Of a stretch of 64,000 nucleotides of DNA, positions 50,716 through 60,389 are shown one piece after another. The notes beneath the pieces are model-generated. The model had not been told where the DNA came from. It saw only the letters and a program-made list of their open reading frames with translations, and did no database searches. The position numbers were made by a program, and so were the translations under genes. Source of the DNA: Candidatus Omnitrophota bacterium (GTDB lineage Bacteria; Omnitrophota; Gorgyraeia; Zapsychrales; JANLHA01). Every line of letters starts with the position of its first letter. Within the stretch, counting starts at the first letter, position 1. The stretch spans positions 515,277 through 579,276 of the forward strand of contig JAKLFA010000001.1 of assembly GCA_022711395.1 (NCBI GenBank), read 5' to 3'.

Positions 50716-51987
50716 ATGTATCGTAAGTCAGTCTTAAAAAACGGATTGCGGATCGTCACGCATGAGATTAAGGACCGTGACAGTGTTTCTTTGGGTGTTT
50801 TGGTCGGAGTGGGAGGGCGGCATGAAGACGATTCCGTGAAAGGGGCCGCTCATTATTTGGAACATGTTGTTTTTAAGGGAACAAAGAAATACTCTTGTGA
50901 CGCGATCAAGGAAACCGTTGAAGGTGTCGGCGGGACGCTGAACGCGTTCACTTCTGAAGAACAAACCTGCTTTTATGCGAAGATCCCTTCCAAGTTCCTG
51001 AGCCGCACCTTTGATGTCCTGGCCGATCTGGTCTTTGCTCCGCTGATCACGCGCAAGGATGTTGAACGGGAGCGAGGGGTGATTCTAGAAGAGATCAAGA
51101 TGTATCATGATCTGCCGCAGTATTACGTGATGGAGCTTCTGGAAAATCTGGTCTGGCCGCAGCACCCCCTGGGAAAAAGCCTGGCCGGGACCTTTGAGTC
51201 AGTCGAGGCGATCTCCCAGAAACAGATCAAGCAGTTCTATCAATCCCATTATATTCCGAATAACATCGTGATCGCGGCCTGTGGGAACATCGCACATCAG
51301 GACCTTGTTGATCTGGTCCGTAAAAAGACAGAAGAAACGCCATTCGGCAAGAAGCTTGAGCCTTTGGCAGCGACTCACCAGCAGGAACATCCGAGAGCCG
51401 TTTTTTGCGTTAAACCGATCGAGCAGATGCACGTGGCCCTGGGCATGGAGGGGGTTTCGATCAACCATGAAATGCGGTATGCTTTGGGGGTCTTGAACGT
51501 TGTGATGGGTGGTAATATGTCCAGCCGCCTGTTCAATGAGGTCCGTGAAAAAAGAGGCCTTGCGTATTCGATCGGAACAGCCAGCAAGAATTTCAGTGAT
51601 ACGGGTCTTTTTTTGATGAGGGCTGGGGTTGAGAATACCAAGGTGGAGAAGTCGTTGGCTTTGGTTTTGAGCGAATTCAAGAAGGTCAGGGCAGCGGGGA
51701 TCTCTAAAGAGGAGTTCACGCGGGCCAAGGAATATTGCATCGGGCAACTGGTCTTGGCCCTTGAGGACACCATGGAGCATATGCTCTGGGTAGGGGAATC
51801 GACCTTGTTGCGTGATCATATCCGCACGACGGACGAGGTCATTCAATCGATCAAGCGGGTCCGTTTGGATGACGTCCAGATGGTGGCCAGAACGGTCCTG
51901 GATGGAAGGAATTACAATCTCGCGATCGTGGGGCCCTTGACGGATCAGCAACAAGCCGCATTGAGATCAATGGTCGGGGCAGAATAA
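50716..51987 (+). CDS. M16-family (pitrilysin/insulinase-like) zinc peptidase
   Basis: Inverted zinc motif HxxEH (AAHYLEHVVFKGT) and downstream E residues. 423 aa. Confidence 0.85.
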   Translation: MYRKSVLKNGLRIVTHEIKDRDSVSLGVLVGVGGRHEDDSVKGAAHYLEHVVFKGTKKYSCDAIKETVEGVGGTLNAFTSEEQTCFYAKIPSKFLSRTFDVLADLVFAPLITRKDVERERGVILEEIKMYHDLPQYYVMELLENLVWPQHPLGKSLAGTFESVEAISQKQIKQFYQSHYIPNNIVIAACGNIAHQDLVDLVRKKTEETPFGKKLEPLAATHQQEHPRAVFCVKPIEQMHVALGMEGVSINHEMRYALGVLNVVMGGNMSSRLFNEVREKRGLAYSIGTASKNFSDTGLFLMRAGVENTKVEKSLALVLSEFKKVRAAGISKEEFTRAKEYCIGQLVLALEDTMEHMLWVGESTLLRDHIRTTDEVIQSIKRVRLDDVQMVARTVLDGRNYNLAIVGPLTDQQQAALRSMVGAE

Positions 51988-52019
51988 TTATTAGCCGTAA
52001 ATACAGGATGTTTTTTGAT

Positions 52020-52048
52020 TTGACAGTGTTGGCTTTATTGGGTAATAT
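52020..52048 (+). promoter_or_regulatory. Near-consensus sigma70 promoter (TTGACA-17nt-TAATAT)
   Basis: Exact -35 with 17-nt spacing to TAATAT, 35 nt upstream of the small-ORF RBS AAGGGAGG. Confidence 0.5.
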
Positions 52049-52084
52049 CTAATATCACTTAACATCAAAAGGGAGGACCAGTTC

Positions 52085-52255
52085 ATGGAAGAGATCCAAT
52101 TTTATGATGTCAAAACAAAAGCAAAATTTTCTACTACAGAATATCAAGTCCGTGAAAAAGGCGGCCGTTTTTTTGCCGTTGCGAAGTCCAAAGCCGGTTC
52201 TCATGAATGCTGGAGAGTCCTCAGCAAGGATCAGGCAAAAAAATTGAAAGGTTAA
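52085..52255 (+). CDS. Unannotated small protein (56 aa), basic, K-rich
   Basis: ATG 8 nt after AAGGGAGG. MEEIQFYDVKTKAKFSTTEYQVREKGGRFFAVAKSKAGSHECWRVLSKDQAKKLKG. Falls below the ORF-track size cut-off. Directly downstream of a strong promoter and upstream of rsfS. Confidence 0.4.
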   Translation: MEEIQFYDVKTKAKFSTTEYQVREKGGRFFAVAKSKAGSHECWRVLSKDQAKKLKG

Positions 52256-52291
52256 TCGGGCGATCTCGGTGTCAGGAGACGCTGTTAAGAT

Positions 52292-52675
52292 ATGGTTCAA
52301 GGTAAGCGAGCAACAGGAGTTAAACCTCTTAAAGCAAGCCGTTTGGTGCAAGCCATCGCGAAGTTTGCCGCTGATGCTAAAGCTTATGACATAATCATAT
52401 TTGATATGCGTAAAGTCGCGAATTTTTGCGATTATTTTATTCTAAGTTCGGGGACCTCGAGCCGTCAGGTGCAGGGGATTACCGATGAGATCGAAGAAGG
52501 CCTTTCAAAGTACAATATCGAGGTTCGCTTCAAACATGGGTATCAGGAAGGGCGTTGGGTCTTGTTGGATATGGGGGATGTTGTGGTCCATATTTTTGAG
52601 AAGGACGCTCGGGTTTTTTATGGATTAGATCATTTATGGCAGGAAGCGAAAAAAGTCGAGATTTGTGCGGATTAA
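52292..52675 (+). CDS. rsfS: Ribosomal silencing factor RsfS (Iojap-like)
   Basis: DUF143/Iojap signature (DYFILSSGTSSRQVQGI; WVLLDMGDVVVHIF). 127 aa. Confidence 0.85.
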   Translation: MVQGKRATGVKPLKASRLVQAIAKFAADAKAYDIIIFDMRKVANFCDYFILSSGTSSRQVQGITDEIEEGLSKYNIEVRFKHGYQEGRWVLLDMGDVVVHIFEKDARVFYGLDHLWQEAKKVEICAD

Positions 52676-52699
52676 AATTTAAATTGAAAGTTTAAAAGA

Positions 52700-52733
52700 G
52701 CTTCGGGCGATTGATTCGCCCGAAGCCTTTTTC
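52700..52733 (+). terminator. Rho-independent terminator after rsfS
   Basis: GCTTCGGGCG-attgatt-CGCCCGAAGC perfect 10-bp stem followed by CTTTTTCG. Ends 8 nt before the argS ATG. Confidence 0.75.
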
Positions 52734-52740
52734 GTTAACA

Positions 52741-54423
52741 ATGGTCTTAAAGCTCAAAGAACAAATCAGGGAATTTCTTCAGACTGCGCTTCAGCCGGAG
52801 TTCTTTAAAGACGCACAGATACCTCCGATCGAGATCGAACGGCCGAATGAGCAGGCGCATGGGGACTTGTCCACGAATATCGCGCTTAAGTCTGCCCGCA
52901 TTTTCCGGCGCCCGCCACTGGCGATAGCCGAGGAGTTTTGCCGGTATTTGGATAAGCAGCTCACTCAGTCAGATCTGGGCCCTTATATTGAATCGGTGAG
53001 CGCCATGGCGCCAGGGTTCATTAATTTCCGTTTTTCCAAAATGACCGCGATCTCGATCCTGACGGATGTCCTCACTCAAAAAGAGTGCTATGGGCGTCAG
53101 ACGGTAGGGGCCGGGGAGAAGGTGCAGTTGGAGTTTGTTTCTGCCAATCCAACGGGTCCCTTGAGCGTCGCCCATGCCCGCCAGGCTGCGGTCGGAGATT
53201 CGCTGGCCAATATCCTGGATTTTTTGGGATTTTCCGTCACGCGTGAGTATTACATTAATGACGGGGGAAACCAAATTGCCACACTTGGCCGCTCGGTCGA
53301 ATTAAGGGCTTATGAGATCTTCGGAGAGACGGTCGATTTTCCTGAGGAATGCTATCAGGGAGACTATATCCGGGACATGGCCCAGATCTTTATTGACCAA
53401 AACGGGTTCCGCTGCGCGGATGATATAAGGAATTTAAGTGATAAGCAAAAAAGATTGATGACCTTCAGCGCGGATTATCTTCTGGATGTGATCAAAGAGG
53501 AGCTCGATGATTTTGGGGTCCATTTTGATGAATGGACCCGTGAGTCGATCGTGGCGAACCCGGTTAAAGTGCAGGAAGTCCTGGAAATTTTGCAGGGTAA
53601 AGGATTTATAAAAGAGGAAGACGGGGCGCTGTGGTTTTTATCGACCAGATTTGGAGACGATAAGGACCGGGTGGTCCGTAAGAGCGACGGGAAGTATACA
53701 TATTTAGCTCCGGATATTGCTTATCACCGTAATAAATATGAGCGTGGTTTTAAAAAGGTCTACAATTTCTGGGGCCCGGACCATCATGGGTATATCCCGC
53801 GGATCAAGGCGGCTGTCCAGGCGCTGGGCTATGACGAAAAGGCGCTAGAGGTTTTGATCGTTCAGTTGGCCACGATCTACCGTAACGGCCAGCCGGTCTC
53901 CATGTCGACCCGTAAGGGTGAATTTATCAGCCTTCGTGAAGTTTTAACAGAAGTTGGGAGAGACGCGGCGCGATTTTTCTTTTTAATGCGCGGGATCAGC
54001 GCTCATCTGGATTTTGATCTTGAGCTTGCCAAGAAAGAGACCCCTGAAAACCCTGTCTATTATATTCAATACGCTCACGCGCGGGTTTATAGTATTGTCG
54101 CCAAAGCCAGCGAAGCTGGTTTGTATGCCCGGCAAAAAGGGTTCCACCTTTTACGGGAACCCGAGGAAATCGAACTTTTGAAAAAGATCGGCGGTTTTAT
54201 TGAGACCCTTTTGATCTGCCAGCAGCAGATGGATGTCTTTGCGTTGGTCATCTATTTACAGGAATTAGCGACCTGTTTTCACCGCTTTTATGACAAACAC
54301 CGCGTGGTGGATGTGGACAACGCGGAGGTGTCATCGGAGCGCCTTTCTCTCATTGAGGCGGCACGGATCGTGCTGGGCAACGGGCTGCGTCTTTTAGGGG
54401 TTTCAGCGCCGGAAAAGATGTAA
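52741..54423 (+). CDS. argS: Arginyl-tRNA synthetase ArgS
   Basis: Class I HIGH-like region (SANPTGPLSVAHAR), a DALR anticodon-binding C-terminus, about 560 aa. The ORF-track TTG at 52711 lies inside the terminator hairpin and is rejected. Confidence 0.95.
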   Translation: MVLKLKEQIREFLQTALQPEFFKDAQIPPIEIERPNEQAHGDLSTNIALKSARIFRRPPLAIAEEFCRYLDKQLTQSDLGPYIESVSAMAPGFINFRFSKMTAISILTDVLTQKECYGRQTVGAGEKVQLEFVSANPTGPLSVAHARQAAVGDSLANILDFLGFSVTREYYINDGGNQIATLGRSVELRAYEIFGETVDFPEECYQGDYIRDMAQIFIDQNGFRCADDIRNLSDKQKRLMTFSADYLLDVIKEELDDFGVHFDEWTRESIVANPVKVQEVLEILQGKGFIKEEDGALWFLSTRFGDDKDRVVRKSDGKYTYLAPDIAYHRNKYERGFKKVYNFWGPDHHGYIPRIKAAVQALGYDEKALEVLIVQLATIYRNGQPVSMSTRKGEFISLREVLTEVGRDAARFFFLMRGISAHLDFDLELAKKETPENPVYYIQYAHARVYSIVAKASEAGLYARQKGFHLLREPEEIELLKKIGGFIETLLICQQQMDVFALVIYLQELATCFHRFYDKHRVVDVDNAEVSSERLSLIEAARIVLGNGLRLLGVSAPEKM

Positions 54424-54431
54424 GGTTTTTA

Positions 54432-56135
54432 ATGCCGACTTTAATTGCTCAAAAACGCTGGGACCTTCCTGTTCCCAATCCTCAGCTGCAGGCTGAGATC
54501 AGCAACACCCTGCATGTTCATCCCATCTTAGCCCAATTACTGATCAACCGCGGCATCACCACGCCTTTGGAGGCGGAAACGTTTTTGAATATTGATTTTG
54601 CAAAGCTTTATGATCCTTTTTTGATGAGGGACATGGATAAGGCGGTCGAGCGCGTGCGCCTGGCGAAAGAACGGCAAGAGCGTGTTCTAATTTTCGGGGA
54701 TTATGATGTGGATGGTGTCACATCGTCGGTTGTCTTGAACAAGACGTTGACCCAGTATGGGCTGGATGTGGTCCATCATATCCCGGATCGAATGGATGAC
54801 GGGTATGGCCTGAATTTCAATGTGGCCGAACTCGCCCGGCAGGAGCAGGCGAAACTTGTGATCGCTGTTGATTGCGGGATCACGGCGCTTAAGGAAGTCC
54901 AACGCCTTATGGAACAGGGGATCGATATCGTGATCCTGGACCATCATGAGCCGTCCGAGGAGGGAATTCCGCAATGTTGCGCCGTGGTTGACCCCAAACG
55001 CAAGGATTGCCCGTATCCTTTTAAACATCTGGCTGCGGTGGGGATCGCGGCTAAATTCACTCAGGCCCTTTTTGGGGGTGTTCCCAATGAGATCCTGGAC
55101 CTGGTGGCACTGGGGACGATCGCGGATGTTGTTCCGCTCAGGGGGGAGAACAGGATCTTTGTCAAGTTCGGGCTTCCCTGTATTGAGAACACGGATAATC
55201 TCGGTCTTCAGGCCCTGCTGGATGTGGCGCGTATTAAAGGAAAAAAATTAAGGCCCTACCACGCGGGATTTATTTTGGGCCCGCGCATCAATGCCGCGGG
55301 GCGAATGGATTCGGCCAGGCATTCATTGGAACTTTTGCTTAGCCATGATTTTCAGACCGCGATGGATCTGGCAGGAAAGCTTGATAGCATCAATGTGGAA
55401 CGGCAGCAATTGCAGAAGACGATGATCCAGGAAGCGCTCAATATGGTCGAGCGGGATGTAAATTTCAATAAGGAGAAAGTCATCGTCCTGGTTAAAGAGG
55501 GTTGGCATAAGGGGGTATTGGGGATCGTGGCATCCAAGATCGTCGAGACGTTTTATCGTCCGGCGGTCATTGTTACGCTTGAGAACGGTGTGGCGACCGG
55601 TTCGGCCCGTTCCATCGACGGATTTCACTTGCATGAGGCGCTTACGTCCTGTTCGGATGTGCTGGAGGATTTTGGGGGCCACCGTCTTGCCGCCGGATTA
55701 ACGTTCAGGCAGGAACATACGGACGAACTTCGCCGCCGGCTCAATGACTACGCTCAGAGTTTTTTAAAGCCCGAGGATCTTACTCCTGTGCTTTTAGTCG
55801 ACGCTGAGGTGCCGTTAAGAGACTTGACGGTCGACCTGGTCAATCGGATCGATCTTTTGGAGCCTTACGGGGAAGGGAACCGCCCGCCGGTCTTTTGTAC
55901 GCGGAATCTCACCGTAAAAAGCCATCCGATGTGTTTGGCCAAGGAGACCCTTAAGTTCTGGGTTTCGGATGGGGAGACCACGCTTTCAGTAGTTGGTTTT
56001 GGAATGGGCAAGTTCAAGAATGATCTGGCGCTTAATCAGGTCATTGATGTGGCCTATGAGCTGGCGATCGATGATTGGAACAAAGAGCCGACCGCCCAGT
56101 TGCGTCTTAAAGATATCCGGCTTGTGTCATCTTAA
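54432..56135 (+). CDS. recJ: Single-stranded-DNA-specific exonuclease RecJ
   Basis: DHH motifs (IFGDYDVDGVTS; DHH in VILDHHEP) and a DHHA1 GGH motif (FGGHRLAAG). Confidence 0.9.
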   Translation: MPTLIAQKRWDLPVPNPQLQAEISNTLHVHPILAQLLINRGITTPLEAETFLNIDFAKLYDPFLMRDMDKAVERVRLAKERQERVLIFGDYDVDGVTSSVVLNKTLTQYGLDVVHHIPDRMDDGYGLNFNVAELARQEQAKLVIAVDCGITALKEVQRLMEQGIDIVILDHHEPSEEGIPQCCAVVDPKRKDCPYPFKHLAAVGIAAKFTQALFGGVPNEILDLVALGTIADVVPLRGENRIFVKFGLPCIENTDNLGLQALLDVARIKGKKLRPYHAGFILGPRINAAGRMDSARHSLELLLSHDFQTAMDLAGKLDSINVERQQLQKTMIQEALNMVERDVNFNKEKVIVLVKEGWHKGVLGIVASKIVETFYRPAVIVTLENGVATGSARSIDGFHLHEALTSCSDVLEDFGGHRLAAGLTFRQEHTDELRRRLNDYAQSFLKPEDLTPVLLVDAEVPLRDLTVDLVNRIDLLEPYGEGNRPPVFCTRNLTVKSHPMCLAKETLKFWVSDGETTLSVVGFGMGKFKNDLALNQVIDVAYELAIDDWNKEPTAQLRLKDIRLVSS

Positions 56136-56143
56136 AAAAAAGA

Positions 56144-56180
56144 AAAAGACCGCAATATTTTAACAATACTGCGGTCTTTT
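56144..56180. terminator. Bidirectional intrinsic terminator between recJ (+) and rpmB (-)
   Basis: AGACCGCAATAT...ATACTGCGGTCT hairpin flanked by an A-tract on the 5' side and a T-tract on the 3' side. Confidence 0.7.
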
Positions 56181-56190
56181 ATTTAAAATT

Positions 56191-56421
56191 TTATTTAGCT
56201 TTGGTGACTTTGCCGGCTTTCAGGCATTTGACACAAACGGTAATTTTTTTCGTCCCGCCGTTGATCGTTGCGCGCACAGTCTGCAGGTTGGGGGCGAAGG
56301 TGCGAGCCGTTTTTCCAACGATCTTGGAACCGGCACCGCCTTTGCGACGCACCATACCGCGCCGTTTATATTTCATTCCGCTCATTGCGTCTTTGCCACA
56401 AATTTTACATGCTCTAGCCAT
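56191..56421 (-). CDS. rpmB: 50S ribosomal protein L28
   Basis: MARACKICGK...RTFAPNLQ... signature, 76 aa. The only confidently minus-strand gene in the window. Confidence 0.95.
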   Translation of the reverse strand: MARACKICGKDAMSGMKYKRRGMVRRKGGAGSKIVGKTARTFAPNLQTVRATINGGTKKITVCVKCLKAGKVTKAK

Positions 56422-56469
56422 AAGATTTACTTTCGTGTTGAATGGTCCTCATCTTTAAAATGAGATAAA

Positions 56470-56497
56470 ATTCTAACAAAATCCAGGGCATTGTCAA
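56470..56497 (-). promoter_or_regulatory. Putative sigma70 promoter for rpmB (minus strand TTGACA-16nt-TAGAAT)
   Basis: Reverse complement of 56470-56497 reads TTGACAATGCCCTGGATTTTGTTAGAAT, upstream of the rpmB start. Confidence 0.35.
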
Positions 56498-56575
56498 GAA
56501 TTTTTAAAAAACGAAGCCGGCCAGTGGTATAAAATGCCGAATTTCTTGAAAACCGATAGTATCTTGAGAGATTTT

Positions 56576-56584
56576 TGTTATAAT
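56576..56584 (+). promoter_or_regulatory. Putative extended -10 element (TGTTATAAT) for pepF
   Basis: TGn-TATAAT 40 nt upstream of the pepF ATG in the divergent rpmB/pepF spacer. Confidence 0.3.
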
Positions 56585-56624
56585 CAATGAACTGTTGCGA
56601 CTATAAAATGAAGGATTTTCGAAA

Positions 56625-58346
56625 ATGACCGAACATGATTTCAGCCGTATCTCGCGTTATCAGGAAAGGACATTTGTCCCGGAAGGGGTCGATTTTAACG
56701 ACCGTGATGAGGCCGTTGAGCTTTACACACAGCTTTTGGACCGTGACATACGCTCCGCCAAGGAATTGGAGCAATGGCTAAAAGATTGTTCGGAGTTGGC
56801 AGCCGCGGTCGACCAGCATGGATCGATCCTGTATATCCTGATGACCTGCGACACGTCCCATGCTGAACATGCCTATAATTATCAAAAGTTCATTAAAGAT
56901 GTTGTTCCGGCGGTCAAGCCGTTGGGGGACGAGCTGAACCGGAAATATCTGGCGATGAATGACCAGTTTCCCTTGGATGCAAAGCGGTATTTTATTTTTC
57001 ACCGCTCTGTTCAGACGGATGTTGATCTTTTTTGGGCGGAAAATGTTCCGCTCGAGACGGATGTTCAGCTTTTGTCTCAGGAATATCAATCGGTGTTCGG
57101 CAGCATGACCGTGGATTTTGACGGGCAGGAGATGACCTTGCCGCAGATGTCAAAATTCCAGGAAGAGATCGACCGTTCTTTAAGAGAGCGCGCATGGCGC
57201 TTGACCGCCCAGAGGCGTTATCAAGACCAGGACAGGTTGGAATCGATCTTTGAACGGATGTTCTCGATCCGGCATAAGATCGCTCGTAACGCCGGTTTCG
57301 GGAATTTCAGGGATTACCAATTCGCCGGCTATCACCGGTTCGATTATTCACCGGATCATTGCAAACGTTATCATGAAACGATTGAGCGGGTTGTGGTCCC
57401 GCTTTGGGATAAAATTTTGGAGCGCCGGCGCCAGCAGATGAAGCTCGCTCATCTGCGGCCCTGGGATTTGTCCGTTGATCCTTTTGGCCGGCCGCCGCTG
57501 AAACCCTTCACCACTGCTGATCAGCTGACCAAGGGGGTTTCGCGGATCGTTCGCCGCATTGATCCGGAATTCGGGGACATGTTCGATGAGATGCGCCAGC
57601 TTGGGCTTCTTGATCTGGAGAGCCGCAAGGGGAAGGCTCCCGGAGGCTACCAGAACACTCTTTCTGAAGCGCGTAAACCGTTCATTTTCATGAATGCCGT
57701 GGGGATCGATGATGACGTGCGAACGCTGCTTCATGAATCGGGGCATGCTTTTCACGCCATGTATTCCGCAACTGAATTTTTGCATACCTACAGGCGGGCT
57801 CCGATCGAATTTTGTGAGGTCGCCTCCATGAGCATGGAGCTTTTGGCCGACCATCATATGGATGAGTTCTATGGAGCGGAGGACCACAAGCGTTCCCGCA
57901 CCACGCATCTGGAAAACATTATCCATATTCTGGCCTGGGTGGCTAACGTGGATTCGTTTCAGCATTGGATGTATGAACATGCGGACCACACACGACAGGA
58001 CCGGATCCGTAAATGGGTGGAGCTGTATGAGCGCTTCGCCGGAACGCTGGTGGACTGGACGGGTTTGGATCTTTATAAAGAAACACTTTGGCACAGGCAG
58101 TTGCATATTTTTGAGGTGCCGTTTTATTATATTGAATACGGGATCGCGCAGCTGGGGGCCCTGCAGATATGGCAGCGTTCACGTAAGGACCTGCCCGGGG
58201 CGTTGAATACTTTCAAAAAAGCCCTGAGTCTGGGGGGGAGTTGCTCTCTTCCGGAACTTTTTGCCACGGCAGGGATCGAGTTTGATTTTTCAGAAAAAAC
58301 AATCCGTCCGCTGGTCAATGACATTGCCAGGGAGCTGGAACTTTAA
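56625..58346 (+). CDS. pepF: Oligoendopeptidase F, M3B family
   Basis: Zinc motif HESGHAFH plus downstream E. 573 aa. Confidence 0.9.
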   Translation: MTEHDFSRISRYQERTFVPEGVDFNDRDEAVELYTQLLDRDIRSAKELEQWLKDCSELAAAVDQHGSILYILMTCDTSHAEHAYNYQKFIKDVVPAVKPLGDELNRKYLAMNDQFPLDAKRYFIFHRSVQTDVDLFWAENVPLETDVQLLSQEYQSVFGSMTVDFDGQEMTLPQMSKFQEEIDRSLRERAWRLTAQRRYQDQDRLESIFERMFSIRHKIARNAGFGNFRDYQFAGYHRFDYSPDHCKRYHETIERVVVPLWDKILERRRQQMKLAHLRPWDLSVDPFGRPPLKPFTTADQLTKGVSRIVRRIDPEFGDMFDEMRQLGLLDLESRKGKAPGGYQNTLSEARKPFIFMNAVGIDDDVRTLLHESGHAFHAMYSATEFLHTYRRAPIEFCEVASMSMELLADHHMDEFYGAEDHKRSRTTHLENIIHILAWVANVDSFQHWMYEHADHTRQDRIRKWVELYERFAGTLVDWTGLDLYKETLWHRQLHIFEVPFYYIEYGIAQLGALQIWQRSRKDLPGALNTFKKALSLGGSCSLPELFATAGIEFDFSEKTIRPLVNDIARELEL

Positions 58347-58359
58347 CCGGGAGGGAATG

Positions 58360-58689
58360 ATGAAAAAAGATCTCCGGATGACGATGGCGCTGGTCTGTCT
58401 TTGTGTGATCTTGTGCGCGGCGTTGGCTTGGGCTGACCAGAATATCTTTGGGTTGGATACGAATAACGCGTATGATATCTATCTTTCGAATGAACAGAAC
58501 TCAGGGCTTTCAGTGATCAAGGATGTCATGATCCTGGAGAAACGCGACATTCTGGGGGAAGCTTTTATTCTGGTGCGTTCAGACAGTTTCGCCTCCAAAC
58601 TGAACGAAGGGCTGGTCCGTTTTTCAGCGATCCAGGCGATTATACCCAGCAAGCGCTCGTTCCGTGTTGAGGGAACCAATCGATATTAG
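58360..58689 (+). CDS. Small secreted protein of unknown function
   Basis: GGGAGGG RBS 5 nt before ATG 58360. Signal peptide LVCLCVILCAALAWA. 109 aa. Confidence 0.5.
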   Translation: MKKDLRMTMALVCLCVILCAALAWADQNIFGLDTNNAYDIYLSNEQNSGLSVIKDVMILEKRDILGEAFILVRSDSFASKLNEGLVRFSAIQAIIPSKRSFRVEGTNRY

Positions 58690-58697
58690 GACCTTCC

Positions 58698-59228
58698 ATG
58701 GATGAACATCTTGAAATCTTGAAAGAGGGAAAATATATCCGCCTTTTGCGCCGCGGTGATTGGGAATTCGTGCAGAGGACCAATTGCACGGGTATCGTGA
58801 TCATTATTGCCATGACGGAAGACCAAAAGGTGATCTTTGTCCGGCAATACCGGGCTCCGGTCAATTGTGATGTGATCGAATTTCCGGCCGGGCTTGTCAA
58901 TGACGGCGGTTGTCCCGAAACCACCGCCCAGGCCGCCATGCGGGAGCTTCAGGAGGAAACAGGATATGAAGCTGAAGAAGTTGTGCCGGTATTTTCCGGC
59001 CCTGGCGGGGCTGGGGCGTCTTCAGATATTCTGACCTTTTTTCTGGCGCGCCGCATCCGAAAGGTCGCAAATGGGGGAGGAGATGCCAGTGAACGGATCA
59101 CAGTTTATGAAATTCCCCTTATGCAGGTTGAAGAATGGCTCAAGCAAATGGCCGGGCAGGGAGTCCCCGCTGATCCCAAAATTTATGCTGGACTTTATTT
59201 CTTAAAGACATATAATAAAAACTCTTAA
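58698..59228 (+). CDS. NUDIX hydrolase (ADP-ribose pyrophosphatase-like)
   Basis: Nudix box GLVNDGGCPETTAQAAMRELQEETGY. Confidence 0.85.
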   Translation: MDEHLEILKEGKYIRLLRRGDWEFVQRTNCTGIVIIIAMTEDQKVIFVRQYRAPVNCDVIEFPAGLVNDGGCPETTAQAAMRELQEETGYEAEEVVPVFSGPGGAGASSDILTFFLARRIRKVANGGGDASERITVYEIPLMQVEEWLKQMAGQGVPADPKIYAGLYFLKTYNKNS

Positions 59229-59290
59229 GACGTAACCCACACAAGCGATTACTTCAATTTTATTAACAGTATAAAAAGAAGGAGTTGGTG

Positions 59291-60298
59291 ATGGTTTCCT
59301 ACAAGGATCTCGGTTTAGTCAATACGCGAGACATGTTCGCAAAAGCCATGAAGGGCGGCTACGCTGTTCCTGCGTATAACTTTAACAATATGGAGCAAAT
59401 CCAGGCGATTATTGCGGCCTGTGTGGAGACCCAATCTCCGGTGATCTTGCAGGTTTCAAGCGGGGCCCGCAAATATGCGAATCAGACCTTGTTGCGCTAC
59501 ATGGGCCAGGGTGCCGTGGAGATGATGAAGGATATGGCCAAAGAAAAAGGCTTAAAGCCGATCCCGATCGCCCTGCATTTGGACCACGGGGACACATTTG
59601 AACTCTGCAAAAGCTGTATCGAGTCAGGATTTTCTTCCGTTATGATCGACGGTTCGCATCATCCCTATGAAAAAAACATTGAGCTTACAAAACAGGTCGT
59701 GGAGTACGCCCATAAATATGATGTGACCGTTGAGGGCGAGCTGGGCGTGTTGGCCGGTATTGAGGATGATGTCGTGGCTGCCAAGTCGACCTACACCAAG
59801 CCGGAAGAAGTCATTGATTTCGTCGGAAGGACCGGTGTGGATTCGCTAGCCATCTCGATCGGCACATCGCATGGCGCGAATAAATTCAAGCCCGAGCAAT
59901 GCACTAAGAACGCGGACGGCATTTATATCCCGCCGGAATTGCGTTTCGATATTTTGGAGCAGATCCAGGAAAAGATCCCGGATTTTCCGATCGTCCTTCA
60001 CGGATCATCGTCCGTGCCGATCGAAGCGGTCAAGATCATCAATGCTCATGGCGGGGCCCTCAAAAACTCGATCGGGATCCCCGAAGAGCAGCTGCGCAAG
60101 GCCACGACTTATAATGTTTGCAAGGTCAATATCGATTCTGATGGCCGTTTGTGGATGACGGCGGCGATCCGTAAGCATTTCGCTGAAAACCCGGCTGAAT
60201 TTGATCCGCGCAAATACTTGGGTCCGGCCCGTCAGGCTTTGATCGAAATGTATAAGCACAAGAACCTCAATGTGCTTGCGTCTGCCGGAAAGGCGTAA
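59291..60298 (+). CDS. fba: Fructose-bisphosphate aldolase, class II
   Basis: YAVPAYNFNN, the LHLDHG metal site, and SIGTSHG. ATG 59291 lies 8 nt after AAGGAG. Confidence 0.95.
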   Translation: MVSYKDLGLVNTRDMFAKAMKGGYAVPAYNFNNMEQIQAIIAACVETQSPVILQVSSGARKYANQTLLRYMGQGAVEMMKDMAKEKGLKPIPIALHLDHGDTFELCKSCIESGFSSVMIDGSHHPYEKNIELTKQVVEYAHKYDVTVEGELGVLAGIEDDVVAAKSTYTKPEEVIDFVGRTGVDSLAISIGTSHGANKFKPEQCTKNADGIYIPPELRFDILEQIQEKIPDFPIVLHGSSSVPIEAVKIINAHGGALKNSIGIPEEQLRKATTYNVCKVNIDSDGRLWMTAAIRKHFAENPAEFDPRKYLGPARQALIEMYKHKNLNVLASAGKA

Positions 60299-60389
60299 TG
60301 TTCGGTAGTTCACGTCTTAGAAAAGAGCGGGTTTGGCCCAGGGCCGGATCCGCTCTTTTCATTAGTTCGCAAATATCGGGAGGCAAAAA

